Notes under the pieces: model-generated
Told to the model about the DNA's origin: nothing
Databases searched by the model: none
What the model saw: the letters and a program-made list of their open reading frames with translations, nothing else
Shown here: one piece after another, positions 29,131 through 39,808 of the stretch
How positions within the stretch are numbered: the stretch's first letter is position 1
Layout: every line of letters begins with the position of its first letter
Translations under genes and position numbers: made by a program
Assembly (NCBI GenBank): GCA_934201705.1
Contig: CAKPXF010000010.1
Span: 19,256 to 83,255 of the forward strand
Direction of reading: 5' to 3'
DNA from: an uncultured Bacilli bacterium
GTDB lineage: Bacteria > Bacillota_I > Bacilli_A > RFN20 > CAG-631
DNA: 64,000 nt

Positions 29131-30489
29131 ATGGAAGTAAACAAACAAGTAAATAATAAGTCAATAGTATGCCCACGTTGTAAGCAAAATCTTATTTCAT
29201 CAAATCAAGTGTGCATTAATTGTGGATATGATTTATCAAAAGAAAATAAAGTTGAGGAAGAAACTTTATCTTTCGGAATTGATACAGAAACAACAATTAT
29301 CAAAATTAATAAAAATGATAAAGAAATTTCTCAAATAGAAACAAAATCAATATATGTAACAAAAATAATAAAGACAGTTTTAGTTTTATTGACATCTCTT
29401 CTTGGCATTTGCTTTTTACTTGTACCATTATTTTCAACTGATAATGTTTATACTTATACAGAAACAATATCCAATTATTATGACTTTAGCGGAATAGATG
29501 ATAACTTAAAGCTAACAAACACAACATGCTATATATCATTGGTTAAGAATTTAGCAACTTATTTTTTAAATTTTAATCATATTATTGATGCTTCATTTGT
29601 TTTTTCAATATATGAAATATTTATATTACTTTTAGTTGCAATTATTGTTGTTACAAGCTCTATTGTATTTGTTAAGGCATTAATAAATTTAAATTTAAAT
29701 AAGAATTATTATTATAAAAATAGTGTTGGTTTAATACTAGTTGTTTCTCTTTTATTAATTTTCGCCTTAGATTGTAGTAGTGTTGGCTTATATATTTTAT
29801 CGTTATTATCTGTTTTTTATTTGTTATCAATATATGCTTTTGAAATAATTACCAATGAGAAAAAATTTATTTTGAGGAACTTGATACATAAGTCAATCTC
29901 CTTTGTTGCACTTTTATCTTTATTAATTATCTCAACTACAGGCTTAACAATCTTAGATATAGCTAATGGAGCTAATTTATATAATATGGAGCCAGCACGA
30001 TATAGTGAATTAGGAAAAATGAATTGTAAAGGATTATTTTTAGAAATGATTCAGTACATTCAATGTACTAGTGGAGATGATTATTTCACAAAAATTTCTT
30101 TAACCATAAATTTTCTATGCTTATTTTTCCAAGTTATATATTTAGCATGTATTGTTTTATCGCTTGCCAACATTTTAAAAGGTTTCTCTAAGCAAAATTT
30201 GAGATTTCCAATTAAAAAAATTATTGTTTCAACCATTGCTTATTATGCTTTTTCAGTTTCACTTTTAGTATTTAATCGTATGGTAAATGAAGCTTCACTA
30301 CAAGATTATGTTAATTATATCGGACAAGTAGCATATGGAAAATTGAATAGCTATGAAGTAATGATGGTTAAAAATAATACAAGAGTTTATACGTTTAGCG
30401 TGACATATTATATTTCTTTTGTATTATATTTACCAATAATGGTATATACTATTATAGCTAAAAATTACTGCTTAAAAAAAGCATATTAA
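29131..30489 (+). CDS. Zinc-ribbon-containing polytopic membrane protein, unknown function
   Basis: N-terminal CPRCKQN...CINCGYDL followed by about 10 hydrophobic helices. Confidence 0.4.
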   Translation: MEVNKQVNNKSIVCPRCKQNLISSNQVCINCGYDLSKENKVEEETLSFGIDTETTIIKINKNDKEISQIETKSIYVTKIIKTVLVLLTSLLGICFLLVPLFSTDNVYTYTETISNYYDFSGIDDNLKLTNTTCYISLVKNLATYFLNFNHIIDASFVFSIYEIFILLLVAIIVVTSSIVFVKALINLNLNKNYYYKNSVGLILVVSLLLIFALDCSSVGLYILSLLSVFYLLSIYAFEIITNEKKFILRNLIHKSISFVALLSLLIISTTGLTILDIANGANLYNMEPARYSELGKMNCKGLFLEMIQYIQCTSGDDYFTKISLTINFLCLFFQVIYLACIVLSLANILKGFSKQNLRFPIKKIIVSTIAYYAFSVSLLVFNRMVNEASLQDYVNYIGQVAYGKLNSYEVMMVKNNTRVYTFSVTYYISFVLYLPIMVYTIIAKNYCLKKAY

Positions 30490-30504
30490 AGGAGGAAAAT
30501 TTAA

Positions 30505-31041
30505 ATGAATATTTGGCATTCAATTGATAATAGAAGAATTAATAAGGAAAAATTTTATGCATGCATTGAAATATCATCAGGAAGTCATAACAAATATGAG
30601 CTTGATAAAGAAACAGGTCTATTAAAACTTGATAGAATTTTATATACTTCAACACATTATCCAGCAAATTATGGATTTATTCCTAAAACTTACGCTGAAG
30701 ATAATGACCCATTAGATGTATTAATCTTATGCAATGAATCAATAATACCATTAACTTTAGTAGAATGTAAACCAATTGGAGTTATGCATATGATTGATAA
30801 TGGTCAAGCTGATGATAAAATCATTGCTGTGTGTGTACGTGATCCATTTTATAAGGATTATAATTCAATATTTGATTTACCAAGTCATGTCAGTGATGAA
30901 ATTAAGCACTTCTTTAAGGTTTATAAAAGTCTAGAGGGTAAAAAGACAATTGTAGAAAATGAACTTGAAGGTCCAGATGTTGCACAAAGTGTAATTCAAG
31001 ATTCAATAAATAGATATAAAGAAAAATTTGACAAGGAGTAA
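30505..31041 (+). CDS. ppa: Inorganic pyrophosphatase, family I
   Basis: YPANYGFIPKTYAEDNDPLDVLIL and the DDKIIAV motif, 178 aa. Confidence 0.85.
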   Translation: MNIWHSIDNRRINKEKFYACIEISSGSHNKYELDKETGLLKLDRILYTSTHYPANYGFIPKTYAEDNDPLDVLILCNESIIPLTLVECKPIGVMHMIDNGQADDKIIAVCVRDPFYKDYNSIFDLPSHVSDEIKHFFKVYKSLEGKKTIVENELEGPDVAQSVIQDSINRYKEKFDKE

Positions 31042-31049
31042 TATAACTT

Positions 31050-31655
31050 ATGGATTTAATAGAAAAAACATTAGTTGACTATATAAATGAAGTCGATTCA
31101 CTTAAATCAGCACCTGGAGGAGGAAGCGTTGCTGCATTAGTTGGCGCGCTTGGAGTATCTTTAGCTAAAATGCTAGGACATTTTACTATGAATAAAAAAG
31201 TATTTAAAAATGCGGAAAAAAGAAGCCAAAACCAGTTTCTAATTGCTTTTGATACATTAAATCATTATAAGGACTTACTACTTAAAGGTGTTGATGATGA
31301 TGCAATTTCTTATAATGCTGTTGTTGAGGCCTTAAAAACTAAAGATGATGAAAAAATACAAAAGGCAATTAATTATTCAACATTTGTAGCTTTTGAAATG
31401 CAGCAATCTGCGTATAATGCATTAATTTGTGCAAGTAGGCTTATTAAACTAGGTAATAAGTATTTGTATTCTGATTTAATTTCAAGTGCCATCTTGTTAC
31501 ATTCTTCTAATGAAATGGCATCATTAAATGTAAAGGCTAATGCTAAAATGCTAAATGATGAAAAGACTAAAAACAATTATATTAGTGAAAGTGATGCATT
31601 AGTTGCATCATCATTAAAATTAAAAAAGAAAATGCTAAAGCTATTAAATAATTAA
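31050..31655 (+). CDS. Cyclodeaminase/cyclohydrolase family protein (FTCD C-terminal-domain-like)
   Basis: SAPGGGSVAALVGALGVSLAKM, the hallmark of the formiminotransferase-cyclodeaminase/FchA family. Confidence 0.65.
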   Translation: MDLIEKTLVDYINEVDSLKSAPGGGSVAALVGALGVSLAKMLGHFTMNKKVFKNAEKRSQNQFLIAFDTLNHYKDLLLKGVDDDAISYNAVVEALKTKDDEKIQKAINYSTFVAFEMQQSAYNALICASRLIKLGNKYLYSDLISSAILLHSSNEMASLNVKANAKMLNDEKTKNNYISESDALVASSLKLKKKMLKLLNN

Positions 31656-31700
31656 TTAAAAAAATACACATTTTATTATTAAAAAAAGTTCTAAATTATC

Positions 31701-31736
31701 AAGATGATTTTCATGCAAAAAAAATCATCTTTTTTC
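31701..31736 (+). terminator. Rho-independent terminator
   Basis: An 11-bp stem aagatgatttt/aaaatcatctt followed by TTTTTC. Confidence 0.65.
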
Positions 31737-31825
31737 TTGCATTTTATATATGAAATACTTATAATATTAACTTGTAAAAAAGTTTAGCAAAAATAAACTA
31801 AAAGTTTACTATTACAAAACTTTAA

Positions 31826-32374
31826 TTGGAGGATAAATTTATGGATATAGGATCTAAAATTAAAAACTTACGAACCATGAATGGCTTAACACAAGATGAG
31901 TTAGCTTCACGTTGTGATTTAACCAAAGGATTTATTTCTCAACTTGAAAACAACTATAATGAACCATCGATATCAACACTTCAGGATATTTTAATGGCTC
32001 TTGGTAGTAACTTGAAAGAATTCTTTTCCGATGATGAAGAAGAGCAAGTTGTGTTTAGTAAAGACGATTATTTTATAAAGGATAATGAGGATCACAGCAT
32101 CACATGGCTAATAGCAAATTCTCAAAAAAATTTAATGGAGCCAGTAATTATTGAACTACAACCAAATTGTGAATTAACTAAGGATATGCCCCATGAAGGA
32201 CAAGAGTTTGGTTATGTTTTAAAAGGCAAAGTTAAAATAGTTATAGGTAATAAAATGCATATTGCTAAATCTGGTGAGTCATTTTATTACGATACAAACA
32301 AGGTCCATTATATAAAAAATGCAGTTAATGAAATAAGTAAAATTATTTGGATATCATGTCCACCAAATTTCTAA
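31826..32374 (+). CDS. HTH-XRE plus cupin transcriptional regulator (PuuR-like), probable regulator of the downstream pot operon
   Basis: HTH_3 MNGLTQDELASRCDLTKGFISQLEN and a C-terminal cupin GQEFGYVLKGKVKIVIG. Confidence 0.7.
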   Translation: MEDKFMDIGSKIKNLRTMNGLTQDELASRCDLTKGFISQLENNYNEPSISTLQDILMALGSNLKEFFSDDEEEQVVFSKDDYFIKDNEDHSITWLIANSQKNLMEPVIIELQPNCELTKDMPHEGQEFGYVLKGKVKIVIGNKMHIAKSGESFYYDTNKVHYIKNAVNEISKIIWISCPPNF

Positions 32375-32390
32375 TTAAGGAGTAAATAAA

Positions 32391-33875
32391 ATGGCACAAA
32401 AAATTATTGAATTAAAGCACATTTGTAAATCTTTTGATGATAATGTGATTATTGATGATTTAAATTTGTATATTAATAAGGGTGAATTTGTAACAATTCT
32501 AGGCCCTAGTGGTTGTGGTAAATCAACAACATTAAGAATGATTGCTGGATTTGAAATACCAACATCTGGTGAAATTTTATTAAATGGTAAAGACATTGCC
32601 AAACTACCACCATATAAAAGGCCTATTAATACAGTGTTTCAAAGATATGCTTTATTCCCACATCTTGATGTTTATGATAATGTTGCATTTGGCTTAAAAT
32701 TAAAAAAGGTTCCAAATACTGAAAGACCTAATAAGCTAAGATTTTTAACACCTGAAGAAATAGATGAAAAAGTTATGAATGCTTTAAAGATAGTTGATCT
32801 TGAGGATTTTGAAAATCGTGATATTTCAACACTATCAGGTGGTCAACAGCAACGTGTTGCTATAGCTCGTGCAATTGTAATGGAACCAGAAATTCTTCTT
32901 CTTGATGAGCCATTAGGAGCTTTAGATTTAAAAATGCGTAAAGATATGCAACTTGAATTAAAGGAAATGCATAAAAAACTTGGAATTACATTTATATATG
33001 TAACCCATGATCAAGAAGAAGCTTTAACTATGTCTGATACTATCGTTGTTATGAATGATGGAGTTATTCAACAAATTGGTAGACCAAATGAAATATATGA
33101 TGAACCAGCAAATGCTTTTGTAGCTGACTTTATCGGTGAATCAAATATTTATACTGGCACAATAATGGGACCTAAAAAAGTAAAGTTCTTAAATACTACA
33201 TTTGAGTGTGTTGACGATTTTAAAACTGGTGAAAAGGTTGATGTTGTTGTTAGACCAGAAGATATTTTAATTGTTAATGAAAATGAAGGATCAGCTAATG
33301 CTATTATTGATTCACGTGTATTTAAAGGTGTTCACTATCAATATATTTTAAAAATTGGCAAAGCTGAAATTGAAGTACAATCAACTGCTAAATATAATGT
33401 TTCAGAAAAGGTTGGTATTATAATTAAGCCTGATTTAATTCATATTATGAGTAAGGAAGTAACAACAAATATCTTTGAAGGATATATTGATAAAAATAAT
33501 AATGTTTGCTTTGGTGATGGTGTATTTGAATGTGATGTTACTCAGCTTTATAAAGGCTCACACCTTGATGAGGAAGGATATTTAATTACAAAAGATGGTA
33601 CACAAATAGATTTAAACGATGTTGATGTAAAAGTTGAAGTTGCATTTAATGATATTACATTAACAGATAATGAAGAAGATGGAATGGTTTATGGAACAGT
33701 TATTTCATCAATTTATAAAGGTGATCATTATCAAGTAATTGTAAGAACTAATAATGAGGAAGAAGATTATATTATTGATACTGAATATACATATAATCTT
33801 TCTGATATCGTTGGTGTTATTATAAATAAAGATAAGATTAAATTAACTTTAAAGGTAATTAATAATGCTAAATAG
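32391..33875 (+). CDS. potA: Spermidine/putrescine ABC transporter ATP-binding protein, extended C-terminus
   Basis: Walker A GPSGCGKST, signature LSGGQQQRVAIAR, Walker B LLLDEPLGALD, plus C-terminal TOBE-like repeats. 494 aa. Confidence 0.8.
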   Translation: MAQKIIELKHICKSFDDNVIIDDLNLYINKGEFVTILGPSGCGKSTTLRMIAGFEIPTSGEILLNGKDIAKLPPYKRPINTVFQRYALFPHLDVYDNVAFGLKLKKVPNTERPNKLRFLTPEEIDEKVMNALKIVDLEDFENRDISTLSGGQQQRVAIARAIVMEPEILLLDEPLGALDLKMRKDMQLELKEMHKKLGITFIYVTHDQEEALTMSDTIVVMNDGVIQQIGRPNEIYDEPANAFVADFIGESNIYTGTIMGPKKVKFLNTTFECVDDFKTGEKVDVVVRPEDILIVNENEGSANAIIDSRVFKGVHYQYILKIGKAEIEVQSTAKYNVSEKVGIIIKPDLIHIMSKEVTTNIFEGYIDKNNNVCFGDGVFECDVTQLYKGSHLDEEGYLITKDGTQIDLNDVDVKVEVAFNDITLTDNEEDGMVYGTVISSIYKGDHYQVIVRTNNEEEDYIIDTEYTYNLSDIVGVIINKDKIKLTLKVINNAK

Positions 33876-34662
33876 AAAACATTTCGCTATACCTTACGCT
33901 TTGTTTTTATTATCATTTGTCGTTGTTCCATTAGTATTAATAGTTATTTATTCATTTACAAATAGTGAATGGCAATTAACATTTAAAAATTATCAAACTA
34001 TTTTTACTGCAGCAAATGCTAATACATTAGTAGTAAGCTTATTTATAGCTATTTTAACAACAATTGTATGTTTAATTATAGGTTACCCTATTGCTTATAT
34101 TTTAGCTGACAAAAAAGTATGTAAATCAAAGGTAATGATATACTTCTTTGTTATGCCGATGTGGATTAACTTTGTTTTAAGAAGTAATGCTACTAAAGAA
34201 TTATTACAATTTTTAGGAATTGAAGCATCGAATACAACAGGTATGTATATATGTGTACTTATTGCAATGGTTTATGATTATTTACCATTCGTAATATTAC
34301 CTTTATATTCAACAATGTTAAAGCTTGATAAAAGTGTTATTGAAGCAGCCGGTGATTTAGGCGCAAGACCCTCATTAGTATTCATTAAGGCGATAATTCC
34401 AATGTCCATGCCAGGAATTATTTCAGCAGCTACAATGGTATTTATGCCATCTATGTGTTCATATGTAATTACTGATGTATTTTCAAATCAAAAAATGCAA
34501 ATTATGGGTAATTTAATTAATCAATATTTTGGTGCATCTCAATGGAATTATGGCTCAGCAGCTTCAATTGTTCTACTTATTATTCTATTTGTTATAATGC
34601 ATTTAACAAACAAGTCAAATACTGAAAAAATAGATGCAAAGGCAGGTGGCAAGGTATGGTAA
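33865..34662 (+). CDS. potB: Spermidine/putrescine ABC transporter permease
   Basis: Six TM helices, EAA loop EAAGDLGARPSLVFIKAIIP, operon position. Confidence 0.8.
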   Translation: MLNRKHFAIPYALFLLSFVVVPLVLIVIYSFTNSEWQLTFKNYQTIFTAANANTLVVSLFIAILTTIVCLIIGYPIAYILADKKVCKSKVMIYFFVMPMWINFVLRSNATKELLQFLGIEASNTTGMYICVLIAMVYDYLPFVILPLYSTMLKLDKSVIEAAGDLGARPSLVFIKAIIPMSMPGIISAATMVFMPSMCSYVITDVFSNQKMQIMGNLINQYFGASQWNYGSAASIVLLIILFVIMHLTNKSNTEKIDAKAGGKVW

Positions 34663-35489
34663 AGAAACATCTTGGTCGTATTTATATTGCTTTAATGCTT
34701 TTACTTATGTATTTACCAATTTTAATTTTAGTTATTTATTCTTTTCAAGATACAACTACTATTAAATTTGGCGTATTTAATGATTTTACCTTTAAGCTAT
34801 ACAAAGATTTGTTTGACATGTCAAACCGTCAAACAAGAGAAATATGGATTGCTGTAGCACATACTTTAGAAATTGCTATTGCTGCTGCTATAGTATCAAC
34901 AATAATTGGAACTCTTGGGGCAATTGGTATTTTTTACTCATCAAAAAGAGTTAGAAACACATTAAATTCAATTGCCAATATTTCTATAGTAAATGCCGAA
35001 ATTGTTACAGCCTTATCTTTAAGAATTTTATATTCTTTATTAAATGTTAAATTAAGCTTCTTTACGTTATTAATTGGACATGTTGTATTAACAATTCCAT
35101 TTGTAGTATTAAACGTTATGCCAAAACTTCAACAAATGGATCCAAATGAATATGAAGCTGCTTTAGATTTAGGAGCAACACCTGCTGTTGCTTTAAGAAA
35201 GGTAGTAATTCCAGAAATTACTCCAGGAATTATCTCGGGATTTTTGCTTTCAATAACTTTATCACTTGATGATTATATAATCACTGCTTATACGGCAGAC
35301 ACAACATTTGATACGTTATCAACATATGTATATAAATCAATGGTTAAAAGATCTATTCCACTTCAATTTAGATCACTAACTACAATTATATTTTTTGCAA
35401 TTCTAATTGGTGTTGTTATTTATGGGATTGTAAAAAGAAATAAAGAAAAGGTAAATAACATCCATGGTGTTAGGAGGAACGAAGCATGA
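34656..35489 (+). CDS. potC: Spermidine/putrescine ABC transporter permease
   Basis: Six TM helices, EAALDLGATPAVALRKVVIPEI. Confidence 0.8.
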   Translation: MVKKHLGRIYIALMLLLMYLPILILVIYSFQDTTTIKFGVFNDFTFKLYKDLFDMSNRQTREIWIAVAHTLEIAIAAAIVSTIIGTLGAIGIFYSSKRVRNTLNSIANISIVNAEIVTALSLRILYSLLNVKLSFFTLLIGHVVLTIPFVVLNVMPKLQQMDPNEYEAALDLGATPAVALRKVVIPEITPGIISGFLLSITLSLDDYIITAYTADTTFDTLSTYVYKSMVKRSIPLQFRSLTTIIFFAILIGVVIYGIVKRNKEKVNNIHGVRRNEA

Positions 35490-36916
35490 AAAATAAATTT
35501 ATACCAATTAGTGCAGTTTTTGCAATTTGCTTTTCATTAACTGGCTGTAATCAATCAAATGATAAAGATAATAACAACAATTCATCTACGACAGTATTAA
35601 ATGTTTATAACTGTGCCGATTATATTAATGAAGATGTACTTACTGAATTTGAAGAATATTGCTTAAATACATTAAACAAAAAGGTTGAAATTAAATATTC
35701 AACATATGAAACAAATGAAGATTTATACAATCAATTAAAGGCAGGCGGCGTACAATATGATTTAGTTTGTCCATCAGAATATATGATTGAAAAAATGCTA
35801 ATTAATGATATGCTTGAGCCTCTTGATAAACCAATTGTTAATTACCAAACATACGGTTCAAAATATGTTTCTAATATTTTTAGTAACTTAAAAACTACTA
35901 TTAAAAAAGAAAATAAGGAAGTTTCTTTTGGCGAATATGCAGTTCCTTATATGTGGGGAACAATGGGATTTATGTATGATCCAGAGCATATTTCATTAGA
36001 AGAGGTTTCTTCATGGGACATTATTTGGGATACTAACCATAAAAATCAAACATCTTTAAAGAATTCTATTAGAGATACTTATATTACATCAACATTACAT
36101 ATTTATAAAGAAGAACTAGAGCTTGCTAAGAAAACACTAACAGGTGATGAGTACAATAAAAGAGTAACTGAAATAATGAATAGATGTGATGATAAAACTA
36201 TTAATTTAGTTGAAGCAGACTTAAAAAAAGCTAAAGAAAACATCTATGAATTTGAAGTTGATACTGGTAAGGAAAATATTATTAAAGGAAAATATTACGT
36301 TAATCTTTGCTGGTCAGGTGATGCAGTTTATTCTTTAGATACTGCTGAGGAATCAAATTTTTATTTAAATTATAAAGTTCCTGAAGAAGGTTCAAATATT
36401 TGGTTTGATGGTTGGGTTATGCCAAAAGGCGCTAATAAGGAATTAGCTCAAGAATTAATGAATTTCTTATGTGATCCTAAAATTGCTTCTAAAAACATGG
36501 ACGAGGTTGGTTATACTAGTGCTATAGCTGGACAAGACATGTGGGCATTAGTTAATGATTGGTATAATAGTGATGAAGGAGAAACTACTGAATATGATTT
36601 AACTTATTTCTTTAAGGATACTAATATAGTTGATGAAGATGGAAATTTAGTTGAAAGATTTATTATTCATACAAGTGAAGAAAATAGACAATTATATGCT
36701 CAATATCCAGATTTAGAAACAATTAATCGTTGCGGAGTAATGCAAGACTTTGGTGAACAAAATGATAAGGTTTCTGAAATGTGGATTAGAGTACAAGGTA
36801 ATTCAACTTCATGGGTAGTTATAGTATTTTTAATTGTAGTAGTAGGATTAGTTGTCTTCTTTGAAATTAAAAGTTCTATTAGTAAAAGAGCTAGGAAAAG
36901 AAGAAATATTAAATAA
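35486..36916 (+). CDS. potD: Spermidine/putrescine-binding lipoprotein with extra C-terminal TM helix and basic tail
   Basis: Lipobox SLTGCNQ. PotD-like SBP core (YMWGTMGFMYDP). The C-terminus is WVVIVFLIVVVGLVVFF followed by KRARKRRNIK. Confidence 0.7.
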   Translation: MKNKFIPISAVFAICFSLTGCNQSNDKDNNNNSSTTVLNVYNCADYINEDVLTEFEEYCLNTLNKKVEIKYSTYETNEDLYNQLKAGGVQYDLVCPSEYMIEKMLINDMLEPLDKPIVNYQTYGSKYVSNIFSNLKTTIKKENKEVSFGEYAVPYMWGTMGFMYDPEHISLEEVSSWDIIWDTNHKNQTSLKNSIRDTYITSTLHIYKEELELAKKTLTGDEYNKRVTEIMNRCDDKTINLVEADLKKAKENIYEFEVDTGKENIIKGKYYVNLCWSGDAVYSLDTAEESNFYLNYKVPEEGSNIWFDGWVMPKGANKELAQELMNFLCDPKIASKNMDEVGYTSAIAGQDMWALVNDWYNSDEGETTEYDLTYFFKDTNIVDEDGNLVERFIIHTSEENRQLYAQYPDLETINRCGVMQDFGEQNDKVSEMWIRVQGNSTSWVVIVFLIVVVGLVVFFEIKSSISKRARKRRNIK

Positions 36917-36923
36917 GCTAAAG

Positions 36924-36947
36924 AGGAAGAACAAATCTTCCTTTTTA
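36924..36947 (+). terminator. Rho-independent terminator after potD
   Basis: aggaaga-acaaa-tcttcct followed by TTTTT. Confidence 0.6.
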
Positions 36948-37019
36948 ATTGCTAAAGAATTCATCAAGAATTGAAAATAAATGGTATACTTTATATAATT
37001 AATAAAAGGTGATAAATAT

Positions 37020-37769
37020 ATGGAAAGAAATTATACTAATATTGATTTAAATAATGTAGATACAGAACATTTATGCTGCATTATTAGAAGAAAAAAAGAC
37101 ATAGAAGGTATTATATTAAAAAAAGAGTGGCTAAAAAAGCAAATTAATAATGGTCATATATTTCACAAATTAGATGTTAATAAAACTGCATTTATCGAAT
37201 TTGCCCCACTTGAATATGCTTATTGCCCTATTAAAGGAAATAATTATTTATATATTTATTGCTTATGGGTTGATAATGATTTAAAAGGAAATGGTATTGG
37301 AAGGGAATTATTAGACTATGCAATTAATTATGCTACAAATAATAACAAATCAGGCCTATGCTTACTAAATTGTAATAAAAAGAAAAATTGGTTAACTAAT
37401 AAGGACTTTTTTATACATAATGGCTTTAAGGTAGTTGATAGCACGAATAGTGGATATCAATTATTGGCATTATCGTTTAACGATGAAAATGTAAGCTTTT
37501 TAGCAAATGCAAAAAAAGAAAGAATTGATGATAATGATTTAGTTATTTATTATACAAATCAATGCCCATACATTGCTAAAAGTCTTGAAATCATAAAAAC
37601 ATATTGTGAAAGTAAAAATATAAGATATAAATTAAATGAAGTAAAAACTATAAAGGAAGCTAAAGAACTTCCTTGTGTGTTTAATAATTTTGCAGTTTTT
37701 TATAAAGGTGAATTTAAAACAGTAAATTTACTTGATTTAAGTACCTTAGAAAGGATAATAAAAAAATGA
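37020..37769 (+). CDS. GNAT N-acetyltransferase with C-terminal YoaP-like domain
   Basis: GNAT motif YIYCLWVDNDLKGNGIGRELLDYAIN. The C-terminal ~90 aa (VIYYTNQCPYIAKS...LPCVFNNFAVFYKGEF) resemble the YoaP-like domain. Confidence 0.5.
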   Translation: MERNYTNIDLNNVDTEHLCCIIRRKKDIEGIILKKEWLKKQINNGHIFHKLDVNKTAFIEFAPLEYAYCPIKGNNYLYIYCLWVDNDLKGNGIGRELLDYAINYATNNNKSGLCLLNCNKKKNWLTNKDFFIHNGFKVVDSTNSGYQLLALSFNDENVSFLANAKKERIDDNDLVIYYTNQCPYIAKSLEIIKTYCESKNIRYKLNEVKTIKEAKELPCVFNNFAVFYKGEFKTVNLLDLSTLERIIKK

Positions 37770-38299
37770 AAAAGAAATACTTAATCTTGTTTATAATTAG
37801 TTTATATTTAATGCAAATACCTTTGTTTATTGATTTTATAATCATAAATAGTGAGAATTATAATGAAATCTTAGAAAATATTCTATTTAATACTTCATTA
37901 GCATTTCTCATCATATCAACAATTTTAGGATTAGTTAATTTAATAATAGCCTTTACAAATAAACAAGATAATGTAATAAAAACAACAATGATTAGTAAAT
38001 TAATACTTATTCCATATTTTATTACTAATTTTATAATTTGCATGCTATTAACGATGGGCTTTTCATTTATTTTTACAATTTTATCGGCTTTTATACTTAT
38101 TCCATTATTTATTTTATTTACGTTTATGACTATGATTGTTACATCATCATATAATATTTCATATCTAATTAGTAAATTTAAACACAAGGAAATTAATATT
38201 ATAGTTTTTATTATGCATTTTATTTTACAATGTGCCTTTATTTGCGATATAATTGATACAATTTATATATATAAAACTGGTGAAAATATGATAAAATAA
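37766..38299 (+). CDS. Small polytopic membrane protein, unknown function
   Basis: Four or five hydrophobic helices. Translationally coupled to the GNAT gene by a 4-nt overlap. Confidence 0.4.
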   Translation: MKKKYLILFIISLYLMQIPLFIDFIIINSENYNEILENILFNTSLAFLIISTILGLVNLIIAFTNKQDNVIKTTMISKLILIPYFITNFIICMLLTMGFSFIFTILSAFILIPLFILFTFMTMIVTSSYNISYLISKFKHKEINIIVFIMHFILQCAFICDIIDTIYIYKTGENMIK

Positions 38300-38324
38300 T
38301 ACCTAATGAAAGGATGCTTTTTAT

Positions 38325-38870
38325 ATGAATCTTGAAGTAAAAATAATTAATAAAAGAAATAAAGATTTTAAAGAAATAAAAAAAATTTATAAGCAATCAT
38401 TTTTAAAGGAAGAAAGAGTTGTAATACCTTATTTGCTTTATTTATGTAAAAAAGAAAATGCAAGTTTTTGGGCTTATTATATAGATAATAAGCTTTGTGG
38501 AATATCCTATATAATAACAAATGATGATTTTGCTTTTATATTTTATTTAGCAATTAAAGAAGAATTTCAAAATCAAGGAATTGGAAGTAAAATATTAGAT
38601 TCAATAAAAAAGGTTTTTAATAAAAAAGCAATTACTATAAATTGTTTAATTAACGAAGATGAATTATTTTTAAAAAGAAAAAAATTCTATAAGAAAAATG
38701 GCTTTGTCGATACAAATTACATTTTAAGCGATAAGAATAATAAATATAATGTTTATTCGACTAATAGAGTTTTATCATTTGGAAAATATAAAGAATTTTT
38801 AAATAAATTATCCCTTGGAATATTTAAGGTTGATTTAATAAAGAAAACAAACTTAGAAAATAAGGAATAA
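38325..38870 (+). CDS. GNAT family N-acetyltransferase
   Basis: YLAIKEEFQNQGIGSKILDSI, the acetyl-CoA-binding motif A. Confidence 0.65.
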   Translation: MNLEVKIINKRNKDFKEIKKIYKQSFLKEERVVIPYLLYLCKKENASFWAYYIDNKLCGISYIITNDDFAFIFYLAIKEEFQNQGIGSKILDSIKKVFNKKAITINCLINEDELFLKRKKFYKKNGFVDTNYILSDKNNKYNVYSTNRVLSFGKYKEFLNKLSLGIFKVDLIKKTNLENKE

Positions 38871-38980
38871 AATATGAAGAAGAACTTTATAATAGTTATA
38901 CTAATTGGAAGTGTTTGTGTTTTATCATGTATTTTATAACAATTAATATATTATAGTATGAGTTTAAAGAGGGAAAAGCA

Positions 38981-39808
38981 ATGAATAAAAAAATTTTATT
39001 AATAAATGATATGGCAGGATATGGTAAGGTTGCATTATCAGCAATGATTCCTATTCTTTCGTATTTAAAATATCAAATATTTAATTTACCAACAGCTTTA
39101 GTTTCAAACACATTAGATTATGGTAAATTTGAAATTCTTGAAACCACACCATATATGAAAAATACCTTAAAGGTTTGGAATGAACTAAATTTTTCTTTTG
39201 ATGTTATATCAACAGGCTTTTTATTTTCAACGCAACAAACAAAGCTAGTATATGATTTTTGTAAAGCTCAAAAAGAAAAGGGGAGCTTAATAATTGTTGA
39301 TCCAATAATGGGAGACAATTTAAAACTTTATAATGGTGTTAGTAAAGATAATGTTTCCTATATGAAAGAAATGATAAAAATAGGAGATGTAATAATGCCA
39401 AATTTCACTGAAGCGACATTTATTAGTGATTATTTAATTGGAAAAAGAGTAATTAGCAAAGATGAAGCTAAATCATTAGTGTATAAATTAAAAAAACAGG
39501 GCGCTAAAAATATTATAATAACCTCAACAAATATTGCAAATGAAATGCATACAATTGTTTACGATTCTAATAAAGATGATATTTATTTTAACAAATATGA
39601 AGAAATTCCAGCAAGTTTTCCTGGAACAGGAGATATTTTTTCATCAGTATTTATAAGTGAATATTTAAAAAATAATGATTTAAATAATTCATGTATCAAA
39701 GCTATGAATGTTGTAAAAAAGATGATTGCCTTAAATATAAGTAATGTAGATAAATTAAAGGGAATTCCGCTTGAATTACATTTAAATTTGTTAGATGAGG
39801 ATAAGTAA
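38981..39808 (+). CDS. pdxK: Pyridoxal/pyridoxine/pyridoxamine kinase (ribokinase superfamily)
   Basis: INDMAGYGKVALSAMIPILS at the N-terminus and FPGTGDIFSSVFISEYL in the C-terminal ATP-binding region. Confidence 0.65.
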   Translation: MNKKILLINDMAGYGKVALSAMIPILSYLKYQIFNLPTALVSNTLDYGKFEILETTPYMKNTLKVWNELNFSFDVISTGFLFSTQQTKLVYDFCKAQKEKGSLIIVDPIMGDNLKLYNGVSKDNVSYMKEMIKIGDVIMPNFTEATFISDYLIGKRVISKDEAKSLVYKLKKQGAKNIIITSTNIANEMHTIVYDSNKDDIYFNKYEEIPASFPGTGDIFSSVFISEYLKNNDLNNSCIKAMNVVKKMIALNISNVDKLKGIPLELHLNLLDEDK

